Positions 1-11,134 of a DNA stretch of 64,000 nucleotides are shown here, one piece after another. Positions within the stretch are counted from its first letter, which is position 1. Each line of letters opens with the position of its first letter. Source of the stretch: Escherichia phage vB_EcoM_VR20; sequence record NC_028894.1; one strand, written 5' to 3'. The notes under the pieces are model-generated. The model did not search any database. It was given only the letters and a program-made list of their open reading frames with translations, and was not told the origin of the DNA. The translations under genes and the position numbers were made by a program.

Positions 1-1320
<1,320 letters not shown>

Positions 1321-1349
1321 AAGTAAAGCAAACTATTAGAGGACTCAAA

Positions 1350-3329
1350 ATGGCTTTATTATCCCCGGGCATTGAGCTCAAAGAAACAACGGTCCAAAGC
1401 ACTGTTGTTCGTAACGCGACGGGTCGTGCGGCGCTGGTTGGTAAATTCCAGTGGGGCCCAGCTTTCCAGGTAACTCAGATTACAAACGAAGTGGAACTTG
1501 TCGATTTGTTTGGTGGCCCGAACAATATTACGGCTGACTACTTTATGAGTGGAATGAACTTCCTTCAATATGGTAATGACCTGCGCACAGTTCGTGTTGT
1601 TAACCGTGAATTTGCTAAAAACGCATCCCCGGTAGCAGGGAACATCGAAAGTACAATCGCTACTGCTGGTTCTAACTATGCAGTCGGTGACGCTATCCAG
1701 GTTAAATACAACCAGACTGTTGTTGAAACTTCTGGCCGTATCACCAAGGTTGACGTTGACGGGAAAATCCTCGCGGTCTTCATTCCGTCTGACAAAATTA
1801 TTGCCTTTGCAAAATCTGTAAACCAGTATCCTGCTTTAGGCCCGGCTTGGACTGCTGAAATCCTGACCACTTCTTCAGGTGTGTCTGGCACGATTACCCT
1901 CGGGAAAATTGTTACCGATTCCGGTATCCTGTTGACCGAAGCGGAAAATAGTGAAGAAGCTATTACCTCTCTGGAATTCCAGGCTTCCCTGCAGAAATAT
2001 GCAATGCCAGGTGTTGTTGCTCTTTATCCTGGTGAAATCGGCTCGACTCTCGAAGTTGAAATCGTTTCCAAAGCTGCTTATGATGCTGGCGCTTCGAAGA
2101 TGCTTGACATCTATCCGAATGGCGGTTCCCGTGCTTCTGTAGCTCGTGCAGTGTTTAACTATGGGCCACAGTCTGACGACCAGTATGCAATCATCGTTCG
2201 CCGTGATGGTGCTATCGTTGAAAACGTTGTTCTGTCAACTAAAGAAGGTGATAAAGACGTTTACGGCAACAACATTTATCTGGATGACTACTTTGCAAAA
2301 GGTACTTCCAATTACATCTATGCAACTTCTCTGAACTGGCCAAAAGGTTTTGCAGGCATCATCAATCTGATGGGCGGTATTTCTGCAAACGACCAGGTTA
2401 CCGCTGGTGATTTGATGCAAGGTTGGGACCTGTTTGCTGACCGTGAAGCACTGCATATTAACCTGCTTATCGCTGGTGCTTGTGCTGGTGAAGGTGATGC
2501 GACTGCTTCCACTGTTCAGAAGCACGTAGTTTCTATCGCTGACGAACGTCAGGATTGCTTGGCATTTATCTCTCCACCGAAAGGTCTGTTGGTTAACGTT
2601 CCCCTGACCCGTGCAGTGGATAACCTGATTGACTGGCGTACAGGTAGTGGTGCATTTGATACTGATAACATGAATATCAGCACGACTTATGCAGCGATTG
2701 ATGGCAACTATAAATATCAGTATGATAAATATAACGACGTTAACCGTTGGGTTCCTCTGGCAGCTGATATGGCTGGTCTGTGTGCTCGTACTGATGATGT
2801 TTCTCAGCCTTGGATGTCTCCGGCCGGCTATAACCGTGGTCAGATTCTGAACGTTCTGAAATTGGCTGTTGAACCACGTCAGACCCAGCGTGACCGCATG
2901 TATCAGGAAGCTATCAACCCGGTTGTTGGTTTCGCAGGTGGCGATGGTTTTGTTCTGTACGGTGATAAGACTGCAACTAAAGTTCCATCTCCGATGGACC
3001 ATATCAACGTTCGCCGTCTTACGAATATGCTGAAGAAAAATATCGGTGACGCATCTAAATATAAACTGTTTGAGCTTAACGATAACTTCACTCGTGCATC
3101 ATTCCGTATGGAAACTTCTCAATACTTGGATGGTATTCGTGCACTCGGTGGCATTTATGAAGGTCGTGTGGTTTGTGATACTACTAACAACACCCCGTCG
3201 GTCATAGACCGAAATGAGTTTGTTGCTAGCATTTATTTTAAACCTGCGCGCAGCATCAACTACATCACTCTTAACTTCGTGGCAACAAGCACGGGTGCAG
3301 ATTTTGATGAGTTGATTGGACCACAATAA
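1350..3329 (+). CDS. 18: contractile tail sheath protein
   Basis: 659 aa, T4 gp18 size, and position after gene 17. Confidence 0.95.
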   Translation: MALLSPGIELKETTVQSTVVRNATGRAALVGKFQWGPAFQVTQITNEVELVDLFGGPNNITADYFMSGMNFLQYGNDLRTVRVVNREFAKNASPVAGNIESTIATAGSNYAVGDAIQVKYNQTVVETSGRITKVDVDGKILAVFIPSDKIIAFAKSVNQYPALGPAWTAEILTTSSGVSGTITLGKIVTDSGILLTEAENSEEAITSLEFQASLQKYAMPGVVALYPGEIGSTLEVEIVSKAAYDAGASKMLDIYPNGGSRASVARAVFNYGPQSDDQYAIIVRRDGAIVENVVLSTKEGDKDVYGNNIYLDDYFAKGTSNYIYATSLNWPKGFAGIINLMGGISANDQVTAGDLMQGWDLFADREALHINLLIAGACAGEGDATASTVQKHVVSIADERQDCLAFISPPKGLLVNVPLTRAVDNLIDWRTGSGAFDTDNMNISTTYAAIDGNYKYQYDKYNDVNRWVPLAADMAGLCARTDDVSQPWMSPAGYNRGQILNVLKLAVEPRQTQRDRMYQEAINPVVGFAGGDGFVLYGDKTATKVPSPMDHINVRRLTNMLKKNIGDASKYKLFELNDNFTRASFRMETSQYLDGIRALGGIYEGRVVCDTTNNTPSVIDRNEFVASIYFKPARSINYITLNFVATSTGADFDELIGPQ

Positions 3330-3364
3330 TTATCATCGCTTGGAATGAATTAATCAGTTAGAAA

Positions 3365-3415
3365 CCGTAGAACCATTATACAGTGTTATAAATAAAAGCA
3401 TAATCGGTTCTACGG
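3365..3415. promoter_or_regulatory. 10-bp perfect inverted repeat (CCGTAGAACC / GGTTCTACGG) around a late-promoter box, with a minus-strand GCTTTTA-N12-TATAAT element
   Basis: Seen directly in the 18-19 intergenic region. Confidence 0.45.
3387..3394 (+). promoter_or_regulatory. late promoter box TATAAATA
   Basis: Exact match inside the 18-19 intergenic palindrome. Confidence 0.5.
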
Positions 3416-3473
3416 ACTCCTGTGGTTGATTCTGGGAAGCCATTATCTTGAGATGATGAATCATATTACCTAG

Positions 3474-3481
3474 TATAAATA
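3474..3481 (+). promoter_or_regulatory. late promoter TATAAATA upstream of gene 19
   Basis: Exact box about 50 nt before the gene 19 ATG. Confidence 0.7.
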
Positions 3482-3533
3482 CATGCATCAGGGACGCGTT
3501 CGCGCGACCTGTGTCTATAAAGAGGATTCCTTA

Positions 3534-4025
3534 ATGGAGTTGACCGATATCACACGCGCTTTCGAATCCGGCGACTTTGCTCGCCCTAACCTGTTCGAAG
3601 TCGAAATCCCATTCCTGGGTAAAAACTTTGCTTTCCATTGTAAAGCAGCCCCGATGCCAGCAGGCATTGTAGAAAAAGTTCCGGTCGGTTACATGAACCG
3701 TAAAATCAACGTAGCGGGTGACCGTACATTTGATGACTGGACTATTACGATTTATAACGACGATGCTCATAAAGTTCGTCAAGCAATTGTTGATTGGCAA
3801 AATCTGTGTCACGGTATGACTAACGAAATTACCGGTGCAGCTCCTGCTGATTATAAGAAAACTGCTACTGTCCGCCAGTTCCATCGTGATGGCAAAACTG
3901 TTACGAAAGAAGTTGTTATTACCGGCATGTGGCCAACCAACGTTGGGGAAGTCCAGATGGATTGGGACAGTAATAACGAAATTGAAACGTTCGAAGCAAC
4001 GTTCGCAATTGACTGGTGGGAATAA
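3534..4025 (+). CDS. 19: tail tube protein
   Basis: Start placed at the internal ATG after AAAGAGGA; gives 163 aa, the T4 gp19 size. Confidence 0.9.
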   Translation: MELTDITRAFESGDFARPNLFEVEIPFLGKNFAFHCKAAPMPAGIVEKVPVGYMNRKINVAGDRTFDDWTITIYNDDAHKVRQAIVDWQNLCHGMTNEITGAAPADYKKTATVRQFHRDGKTVTKEVVITGMWPTNVGEVQMDWDSNNEIETFEATFAIDWWE

Positions 4026-4026
4026 G

Positions 4027-4034
4027 TATAAATA
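4027..4034 (+). promoter_or_regulatory. late promoter TATAAATA upstream of gene 20
   Basis: Exact box, followed by a UUCG-loop hairpin at 4043-4060. Confidence 0.65.
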
Positions 4035-4082
4035 AAGTTATTATGAGGCTTCGGCCTCATTTCCCAAACTTCGGAGACTCTA

Positions 4083-5657
4083 ATGGCAGGTTTTAACACA
4101 ATACTAAATTTTCTTAAGCCTTGGGCTAAAGAAGATGAACAAGAATATAAGCAACAAGAAAAAAATAATTTAGAGTCAATGACCGGGCCGAAGTTTGATG
4201 ATGGGGCTCGCGAAATTGAGTCACAAGAACAAAACGTCCCGTATAATGCATTGATGCAACAGATGTTCGGGAGCAATGAACCTGAAGTAAAAAATACCAG
4301 GGAATTAATTGACACTTACCGCAACCTACTAAATAATTATGAAGTTGATAACGCGGTGCAAGAAATTGTGTCTGATGCTATCGTTTTTGAAGACGGTAAA
4401 GATGTTGTAGCTCTTAACCTTGATGCTACCGAATTTAGTCAGAAAATTAAAGACCGAATCCTCGAAGAATTTTTGGAAGTCAATAACCTCCTTAATTTCG
4501 AGCGTAAAGGTTCTGACCATTTTAAACGTTGGTATGTGGATTCTCGAATTTTCTTCCACAAAATTATCAACCCATCAAAACTTAAAGATGGAGTTCAAGA
4601 ACTTCGTCGTCTTGACCCAAGACAAATCCAGTTCATCCGTGAAATCGTTACACGCATGGAAAACGGTACAAAAATTGTCGACGGTTACAGAGAATATTTT
4701 GTATACGATACGGGCCATGAAAGTTATTGTGCCGATGGTCGTATATATGAAGCAGGTACTAAAATAAAAATTCCTCGTGCGGCAATTGTATATGCACATT
4801 CTGGATTACTTGATTGCTGCGGCAAGAATATCATCGGATACTTGCAACGAGCAATTAAACCTGCAAACCAATTAAAACTATTAGAAGATGCTTTAGTCAT
4901 TTATCGTATAACTCGTGCTCCAGACCGCCGAGTCTTTTATATCGATACCGGGAATATGCCGTCTCGTAAAGCAGCAGCACACATGCAACATATTATGAAC
5001 ACGATGAAAAACCGTGTCGTATATGATGCAACCACGGGTAAAATCAAAAACCAACAGCACAACATGTCAATGACAGAAGACTATTGGTTGCAACGTCGTG
5101 ATGGTAAAGCAGTCACTGAAGTTGATACACTCCCGGGTGCACAAGGCATGTCGGATATGGACGATGTTCGCTGGTTTAAGAACAACCTATATCAGGCTCT
5201 CCGAATTCCATTATCTCGTATCCCTAATGACCAAAACAGTGGCGTTATGTTTGATGCGGGCGCGACAATTACTCGCGATGAATTGAATTTCGCTAAATGG
5301 ATTAGGCAACTACAGAATAAATTTGAAGAAGTTTTCCTCGACCCGCTTAAAACCAACCTTATCCTGAAAAAAATTATTTCAGAAGAGGAATGGGAAAAGG
5401 AACTAAATAATATTAAAGTTACGTTCAACCGTGATAGCTATTTCACCGAAATGAAAGATGCAGAAATCATGGAACGCAGAATCAATATGCTAACGATGGC
5501 TGAACCGTTTATCGGTAAATATATTTCGCATCAAACGGCTATGAAGGATTTCCTCCAGATGTCTGATGAAGAAATTAATCAAGAAGCTAAGCAAATTGAA
5601 TTGGAGTCCAAAGAGGCTCGTTTCCAAAACCCTGAAGAAGAAGAAGAGGATTTCTAA
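4083..5657 (+). CDS. 20: portal vertex protein
   Basis: 524 aa, same as T4 gp20; synteny. Confidence 0.95.
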   Translation: MAGFNTILNFLKPWAKEDEQEYKQQEKNNLESMTGPKFDDGAREIESQEQNVPYNALMQQMFGSNEPEVKNTRELIDTYRNLLNNYEVDNAVQEIVSDAIVFEDGKDVVALNLDATEFSQKIKDRILEEFLEVNNLLNFERKGSDHFKRWYVDSRIFFHKIINPSKLKDGVQELRRLDPRQIQFIREIVTRMENGTKIVDGYREYFVYDTGHESYCADGRIYEAGTKIKIPRAAIVYAHSGLLDCCGKNIIGYLQRAIKPANQLKLLEDALVIYRITRAPDRRVFYIDTGNMPSRKAAAHMQHIMNTMKNRVVYDATTGKIKNQQHNMSMTEDYWLQRRDGKAVTEVDTLPGAQGMSDMDDVRWFKNNLYQALRIPLSRIPNDQNSGVMFDAGATITRDELNFAKWIRQLQNKFEEVFLDPLKTNLILKKIISEEEWEKELNNIKVTFNRDSYFTEMKDAEIMERRINMLTMAEPFIGKYISHQTAMKDFLQMSDEEINQEAKQIELESKEARFQNPEEEEEDF

Positions 5658-5917
5658 TGGATGATTTATTTGAAGCCATTAAATCAAACGACCTCGTAGC
5701 CGTTCGCAAATATTTTGCTGAAAACATTGGCCCAGTATGCGGTAGTTTGATTGAAGAACGTAAGATTGAAATTGCACGTTCCATCATGATTGAAGGCGAA
5801 GAGCCTAAAGAAGATGAAGATGAAGACAAGGACGACGGTAAAGCAGAAAAGAAAGACAAAAAAGAATCTGATGACGCTGACGAAGGCGATGAAGATGAAG
5901 ATGAGGACGATGAATAA
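5657..5917 (+). CDS. 67: prohead core protein, acidic C-terminus
   Basis: 86 aa with a D/E-rich tail; position between 20 and 21. Confidence 0.8.
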   Translation: MDDLFEAIKSNDLVAVRKYFAENIGPVCGSLIEERKIEIARSIMIEGEEPKEDEDEDKDDGKAEKKDKKESDDADEGDEDEDEDDE

Positions 5918-6345
5918 TGTTTATTATCCCTGATGATTACGAATTAACTCTTGAAAACATCGAAAGTGTTTCCGAAGAAGCTCAGGGACAATTTGATTCA
6001 TTATCTGAAGCCTTAGAAAAAGACGATATAAATATTATTGTAGAAAACATGTTTGCAGCCGGTGAATACGAAAAAGCAACGGTTATCGGCGCTCTGAATG
6101 AAGGTGTTCAGCTTAACGAATTTATCGTTAAACATGTATCGTCTCGCGGTGAGTTAACCCGCACAAAAGACCGAGCTACTCGTAAGCGTAATGCTTTCCA
6201 AACAACTGGTCTTTCTAAAGCTAAACGTCGTCAAATTGCCCGTCTGGCTACTAAAACGAAAAGAGCAAACCCATCTACGCAAATCAGAGCAGAGCGCAAA
6301 CGCAAAAAAGCTCGAGCTAAGCGTAAAGCATTCGGACTTGATTAA
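5917..6345 (+). CDS. 68: prohead core protein
   Basis: 142 aa; ATGA overlap with neighbours; synteny. Confidence 0.8.
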   Translation: MFIIPDDYELTLENIESVSEEAQGQFDSLSEALEKDDINIIVENMFAAGEYEKATVIGALNEGVQLNEFIVKHVSSRGELTRTKDRATRKRNAFQTTGLSKAKRRQIARLATKTKRANPSTQIRAERKRKKARAKRKAFGLD

Positions 6346-6983
6346 TGGAACAGAAACCAGAGTTACTAATCGAACACTGGGGTCAACCGGGCGAAATTAA
6401 AGATGGTGTACCGATGTTGGAATCTCATGATGGTTCCAGCAGCGGTTTAAAGCCAGGACTTTATATTGAAGGTATTTTCCTACAAGCTGAAGTTGTTAAC
6501 CGTAATAAACGACTTTATCCTAAACATATTTTGGAAAAAGCCGTTGCGGACTATATCGCCGAACAGGTTGAAACCAAGCAGTCTCTTGGAGAATTAAACC
6601 ATCCACCTCGCGCAAACGTTGACCCTATGCAGGCAGCAATTATTATCGAGGAAATGTGGTGGAAAGGGAATGATGTATATGGCCGCGCGCGTATTATCGA
6701 AGGCGACCATGGTCCAGGTGATAAACTTGCTGCGAATATAAGAGCAGGTTGGATTCCTGGCGTATCTAGTCGTGGACTCGGTTCCCTGACTAAATCAGCT
6801 AAAGGTTATAGCATCGTTAATGAAGGTTTTAAATTGACGGTTGGAGTAGACGCAGTATGGGGGCCAAGTGCTCCGGACGCTTGGGTCAAACCAAAGCAGA
6901 TTACAGAATCACAAACGGCTGTTGCCGATACCAGTGCCGATGACGCCTTTATGGCTCTCGCAGAGGCTTTAAAGACGTTATAA
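6345..6983 (+). CDS. 21: prohead core scaffold protease
   Basis: 212 aa, same as T4 gp21; synteny. Confidence 0.9.
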   Translation: MEQKPELLIEHWGQPGEIKDGVPMLESHDGSSSGLKPGLYIEGIFLQAEVVNRNKRLYPKHILEKAVADYIAEQVETKQSLGELNHPPRANVDPMQAAIIIEEMWWKGNDVYGRARIIEGDHGPGDKLAANIRAGWIPGVSSRGLGSLTKSAKGYSIVNEGFKLTVGVDAVWGPSAPDAWVKPKQITESQTAVADTSADDAFMALAEALKTL

Positions 6984-6986
6984 ATA
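6979..6986 (+). promoter_or_regulatory. late promoter TATAAATA upstream of gene 22
   Basis: Exact box overlapping the gene 21 stop. Confidence 0.65.
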
Positions 6987-7015
6987 AATGTATATCTTAA
7001 CAACAGGACTACAAA

Positions 7016-7834
7016 ATGCTTAAAGAACAACTCATTTCTGAAGCTCAGAATATCGATGCTTCCGTTGCTCTCGATAGTATTTTCGAATCAGTTAATTTGT
7101 CCCCGGAAGCGAAAGCTACCTTCGGCACTGTATTCGAAGCTACCGTCAAGCAACACGCCATCAAACTGGCAGAATCTCACATTCACGCCATCGCTGAAAA
7201 AGCTGAAGAAGAAGTCGAAAAGAATAAAGAAGAATCCGACGAAAAAGCAGAGAAAAAACTGAAAGAATCTGCAGCTAAATTCCTGGACCACGTTGCTAAA
7301 GAATGGCTCGCTGAAAATAAACTGGCTGTCGACCGCGGCATCAAAGCTGACCTGTTCGAATCCATGTTCACCGGCATGAAAGAACTGTTCGTTGAGCACA
7401 ACGTTGTTGTTCCGGAAGAATCTGTTGATGTTGTTGCAGAAATGCAGGAAGAACTGGCTGAACAGAAAGAAGAAACCGCTAGCCTGTTCGAAGAAGTTTC
7501 TAAGCGTGATGCTTATATCAATTATGTCCAACGTGAAGTTGCGTTGACTGAAGCAACTAAAGACCTGACTGAATCCCAAAAAGAAAAAGTTGGTTCTCTG
7601 GTAGAAGGCATGGAATACTCTGATGCATTCGGTACCAAAATTGGCGCTATCGTTGAAATGGTTAAAGGTCAGGTAGAACCCACCGACAAACCAATCACCG
7701 AAGCCGCTATAAATAAAAATGTAGACGATGCTGCGGCACTGAATTACATTTCAGAAGCAGTTGAAGAAAAAGGCGCCAAGCCTACCCTGTCCTTCGCGGA
7801 CTTGTCTGCTCTCGCAGCATCACGAATTTCTTAA
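7016..7834 (+). CDS. 22: major prohead scaffolding core protein
   Basis: 272 aa, acidic and coiled-coil-like; synteny. Confidence 0.9.
   Translation: MLKEQLISEAQNIDASVALDSIFESVNLSPEAKATFGTVFEATVKQHAIKLAESHIHAIAEKAEEEVEKNKEESDEKAEKKLKESAAKFLDHVAKEWLAENKLAVDRGIKADLFESMFTGMKELFVEHNVVVPEESVDVVAEMQEELAEQKEETASLFEEVSKRDAYINYVQREVALTEATKDLTESQKEKVGSLVEGMEYSDAFGTKIGAIVEMVKGQVEPTDKPITEAAINKNVDDAAALNYISEAVEEKGAKPTLSFADLSALAASRIS
7708..7715 (+). promoter_or_regulatory. late promoter TATAAATA inside gene 22, upstream of gene 23
   Basis: Exact box about 140 nt before the gene 23 ATG. Confidence 0.6.
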
Positions 7835-7855
7835 TTTAATAAGGTTATACAACAC

Positions 7856-9415
7856 ATGAAAAAGAATGCATTAGTTCAAAAATGGTCCGCTCTGTTGGAA
7901 AACGAAGCTCTTCCGGAAATCGTTGGTGCTTCTAAACAAGCTATCATCGCTAAAATCTTTGAAAACCAGGAACAAGATATCCTGACCGCTCCAGAATACC
8001 GTGACGAAAAAATCTCCGAAGCATTTGGTTCTTTCCTGACCGAAGCTGAAATCGGTGGTGACCATGGTTATGATGCTACCAATATCGCTGCTGGCCAGAC
8101 CTCTGGTGCAGTAACTCAGATTGGGCCGGCAGTTATGGGTATGGTTCGTCGTGCTATCCCGCATCTGATTGCGTTTGATATTTGTGGCGTACAGCCTCTG
8201 AACAACCCGACTGGCCAGGTATTTGCCCTGCGTGCAGTTTACGGTAAAGACCCTGTCGCTGCTGGTGCTAAAGAAGCTTTCCACCCGATGTATGCTCCGA
8301 ACGCTATGTTCTCCGGTCAGGGCGCCGCTGAAGCTTTCGAACCTCTGGCTGCAAGCAAGCTGCTCACCGTTGGTAAAATTTATTCTCACTTCTTCGAAGC
8401 AACCGGTTCTGCACACTACCAGGCTGTTGAAGCTGTAACCGTTGATGCTGGCGCTACTGATGCTGCTAAACTTGACGCTGAAGTTACCAAACTGCTCGAA
8501 GCTGGTAAGCTGGCAGAAATCGCTGAAGGTATGGCTACCTCTATCGCCGAACTGCAGGAAGGCTTCAACGGTTCTCAGGATAACCCGTGGAACGAAATGG
8601 GCTTCCGCATCGATAAACAAGTTATCGAAGCTAAATCCCGCCAGCTGAAAGCAAGCTACTCTATCGAACTGGCACAGGACCTGCGCGCTGTTCACGGTAT
8701 GGACGCTGATGCCGAATTGAGTGGTATTCTGGCTACCGAAATTATGCTGGAAATCAACCGCGAAGTTATCGATTGGATTAACTACTCCGCACAGGTTGGT
8801 AAATCTGGTATGACCAACACCGTTGGCGCTAAAGCTGGTGTGTTCGACTTCCAGGACCCGATTGATATCCGTGGCGCTCGTTGGGCTGGTGAAAGCTTTA
8901 AAGCTTTACTGTTCCAGATTGACAAAGAAGCTGCTGAAATCGCTCGTCAGACTGGCCGTGGTGCAGGTAACTTCATCATCGCTTCCCGTAACGTAGTTAA
9001 CGTACTGGCTGCAGTTGATACCTCCGTATCTTATGCTGCTCAGGGTCTGGGTAAAGGTTTCAACGTTGACACCACTAAAGCTGTGTTCGCTGGTGTTCTG
9101 GGTGGCAAATACCGTGTATACATCGACCAGTATGCTCGCGCAGATTACTTCACCATCGGTTACAAAGGCGCTAACGAAATGGATGCTGGTATCTACTACG
9201 CACCATATGTTGCACTGACCCCGCTGCGTGGCTCTGACCCGAAAAACTTCCAGCCGGTTATGGGCTTTAAAACCCGTTACGGTATCGGTATTAACCCGTT
9301 CGCTGACCCGACAGCTCAGGCTCCGACCAAGCGTATTCAAAACGGCATGCCGGACATCGTTAACAGCCTCGGCTTGAACGGTTACTTCCGCCGCGTATAT
9401 GTTAAAGGAATTTAA
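7856..9415 (+). CDS. 23: major capsid protein
   Basis: 519 aa; T4 gp23-like; paralogous to the gene 24 products. Confidence 0.97.
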   Translation: MKKNALVQKWSALLENEALPEIVGASKQAIIAKIFENQEQDILTAPEYRDEKISEAFGSFLTEAEIGGDHGYDATNIAAGQTSGAVTQIGPAVMGMVRRAIPHLIAFDICGVQPLNNPTGQVFALRAVYGKDPVAAGAKEAFHPMYAPNAMFSGQGAAEAFEPLAASKLLTVGKIYSHFFEATGSAHYQAVEAVTVDAGATDAAKLDAEVTKLLEAGKLAEIAEGMATSIAELQEGFNGSQDNPWNEMGFRIDKQVIEAKSRQLKASYSIELAQDLRAVHGMDADAELSGILATEIMLEINREVIDWINYSAQVGKSGMTNTVGAKAGVFDFQDPIDIRGARWAGESFKALLFQIDKEAAEIARQTGRGAGNFIIASRNVVNVLAAVDTSVSYAAQGLGKGFNVDTTKAVFAGVLGGKYRVYIDQYARADYFTIGYKGANEMDAGIYYAPYVALTPLRGSDPKNFQPVMGFKTRYGIGINPFADPTAQAPTKRIQNGMPDIVNSLGLNGYFRRVYVKGI

Positions 9416-9438
9416 TCTTAGATTAAGTTAAATAAAAA

Positions 9439-9462
9439 GGGACCCTTGAGGTCCCTTTCTTG
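9439..9462. terminator. intrinsic terminator hairpin (GGGACC-loop-GGTCCC plus T-run), usable from both strands
   Basis: Seen between convergent gene 23 and the minus-strand small ORF. Confidence 0.7.
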
Positions 9463-9465
9463 TTT

Positions 9466-9747
9466 TCATACCATACCATTTAAATGAACTTCTACCCGGC
9501 GCTTGATGAGGTCTCTGAAATTAACACTGTTCTCTTGAAGTTTCAACCAGGTACCTGATTTGTCTTTGGTGTGAGTAGAATAATTACCATTCCACCAAAA
9601 ATCAGTATCATATGCTAAGTTTTCATATTTTTTAACTAGTTTGTTCAGAGCATTACCATTAACACCATTTGGGTATTTGTTGACCAATGCAACAACTTCA
9701 ATTTCCAGATTTTTAAAGGTATTCCGAAGGAAAGATACTTTGTTCAT
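9466..9747 (-). CDS. hypothetical early protein, 93 aa
   Basis: Minus-strand ORF with GGAG 6 nt before the ATG and an early promoter upstream; no known motif recognised. Confidence 0.5.
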   Translation of the reverse strand: MNKVSFLRNTFKNLEIEVVALVNKYPNGVNGNALNKLVKKYENLAYDTDFWWNGNYSTHTKDKSGTWLKLQENSVNFRDLIKRRVEVHLNGMV

Positions 9748-9782
9748 TTTAGACTCCATTGTTTGGTAACTCAGTATGAAAT

Positions 9783-9813
9783 CATTATGTCTTATCTTAA
9801 TCAGGTTGTAAAC
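9783..9813 (-). promoter_or_regulatory. early promoter (GTTTAC-N18-CATAAT), antisense to the late gene cluster
   Basis: Minus strand reads GTTTACAACC...CATAATGATTTCATACTGAGTTACC, the shared early leader. Confidence 0.55.
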
Positions 9814-9819
9814 AACTTT

Positions 9820-9827
9820 TATAAATA
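9820..9827 (+). promoter_or_regulatory. late promoter TATAAATA upstream of gene 24
   Basis: Exact box about 27 nt before the gene 24 ATG. Confidence 0.7.
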
Positions 9828-9853
9828 AAGTATATCACAAAAGGAAAGCGCAA

Positions 9854-11134
9854 ATGGCAAAGATTAACAAATTACTGCGCGAGTCAACTACCACTACCAG
9901 CAACTCCTTGGGCCGCCCGAATCTTGTTGCTTTGACCCGTGCTACAACCAAATTGATTTACCGCGATATCATCGCTGAACAACGTACTAACCAGCCAGTT
10001 GCGGCTCTGTACGGTGTTAAATATCTTACTCCTGATAATGAATTCAGTTTCCAGACTGGTGCTACTTATGGTGGTGAAGTTGGTTCAAAAGACCGTACAA
10101 CTATTCCGGAATTTACAACCCCAACTCAGGCCGTAGCTAAAGGTGGATACATTAAATTCCAGAATATCGTTTATAAAGCTCTGGTTGATAATCCATTTGC
10201 ATCGACCACAGAAACAGTATTATCTGATGTTCTACAGGAAGGTCTTGTTGCATTAACTATTCGTTTAGTTCCTGATGCTGCACACACCGAAAAATTTGAA
10301 GCTGGTGATGTTGAAATTAGTAACGCTGTATTCCAGGTTAATAAATGGAATGCTCCTGTTAAATCCCGTAAATTGAAAACTGCATTAACTGTTGAGCTTG
10401 CTCAGGATATGGAAGCAAATGGCTTTAATGCTCCTGCGTTCCTGGAAGACCTGCTTGCTACTATTATGGCAGATGAAATTAACAAGGATGTTCTTCAGTC
10501 TCTTATTACCGTTTCCAAGCGTTATAAAGTAACTGGCGTTTCTGACAATGGCACCATCGATTTAACATATGATGCAGCTCCAGAAGGTGCACGTAAACTG
10601 TACGAACTGGTTTGCGAAATGAACTCCGAAATTCAGAAAACTACATCTTATTCCGGTACCTTTGTTGTTGCCTCCAGCCGTGTTGCTGCTATGTTGGCTG
10701 GTTCTGGCTGGCTGAAGCATAAACCTGAAGACGAACAGTGGCTTCCTGAAACAGCGTACGGTTATTTGATTAATGGTCTTCCTGTATTCTGTGATGTTAA
10801 CAGTCCATTGGATTATGTAACCGTTGGCGTTAAAGAAAATTACGGTGGAAACGAAGTCGTAGGCTCAATCTTCTATGCTCCTTATACCGAAGGCCTGGAC
10901 TTAGATGATGAAGAACACGTAGGTGCGTTTAAGGTCATTGTGGACCCAGACAGCTTGCAGCCATCTATCTCCCTGATGGTTCGATATGCGCTTTCAGCTA
11001 ACCCTTACACCGTTGCTAAAGACGACAAAGAAGCTCGTATTATCGATGCAACTAATATGGATTTAATGGCCGGCCAGAGCAATATGTCTTATCTGCTCGG
11101 TGTTAAACTTCCGCCAATCATTTATGAGGCGTAA
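9854..11134 (+). CDS. 24: capsid vertex protein
   Basis: 426 aa; N-terminus MAKINKLLRESTTT matches T4 gp24 as recalled. Confidence 0.95.
   Translation: MAKINKLLRESTTTTSNSLGRPNLVALTRATTKLIYRDIIAEQRTNQPVAALYGVKYLTPDNEFSFQTGATYGGEVGSKDRTTIPEFTTPTQAVAKGGYIKFQNIVYKALVDNPFASTTETVLSDVLQEGLVALTIRLVPDAAHTEKFEAGDVEISNAVFQVNKWNAPVKSRKLKTALTVELAQDMEANGFNAPAFLEDLLATIMADEINKDVLQSLITVSKRYKVTGVSDNGTIDLTYDAAPEGARKLYELVCEMNSEIQKTTSYSGTFVVASSRVAAMLAGSGWLKHKPEDEQWLPETAYGYLINGLPVFCDVNSPLDYVTVGVKENYGGNEVVGSIFYAPYTEGLDLDDEEHVGAFKVIVDPDSLQPSISLMVRYALSANPYTVAKDDKEARIIDATNMDLMAGQSNMSYLLGVKLPPIIYEA

Noticed and set aside
2235-3002. 255-aa minus-strand ORF inside gene 18
   Set aside because: Fully contained in the well-supported tail sheath gene on the opposite strand; no promoter or ribosome-binding site; typical shadow ORF.
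7871-8695. 274-aa minus-strand ORF inside gene 23
   Set aside because: Antisense to the major capsid gene with no start context; shadow ORF.
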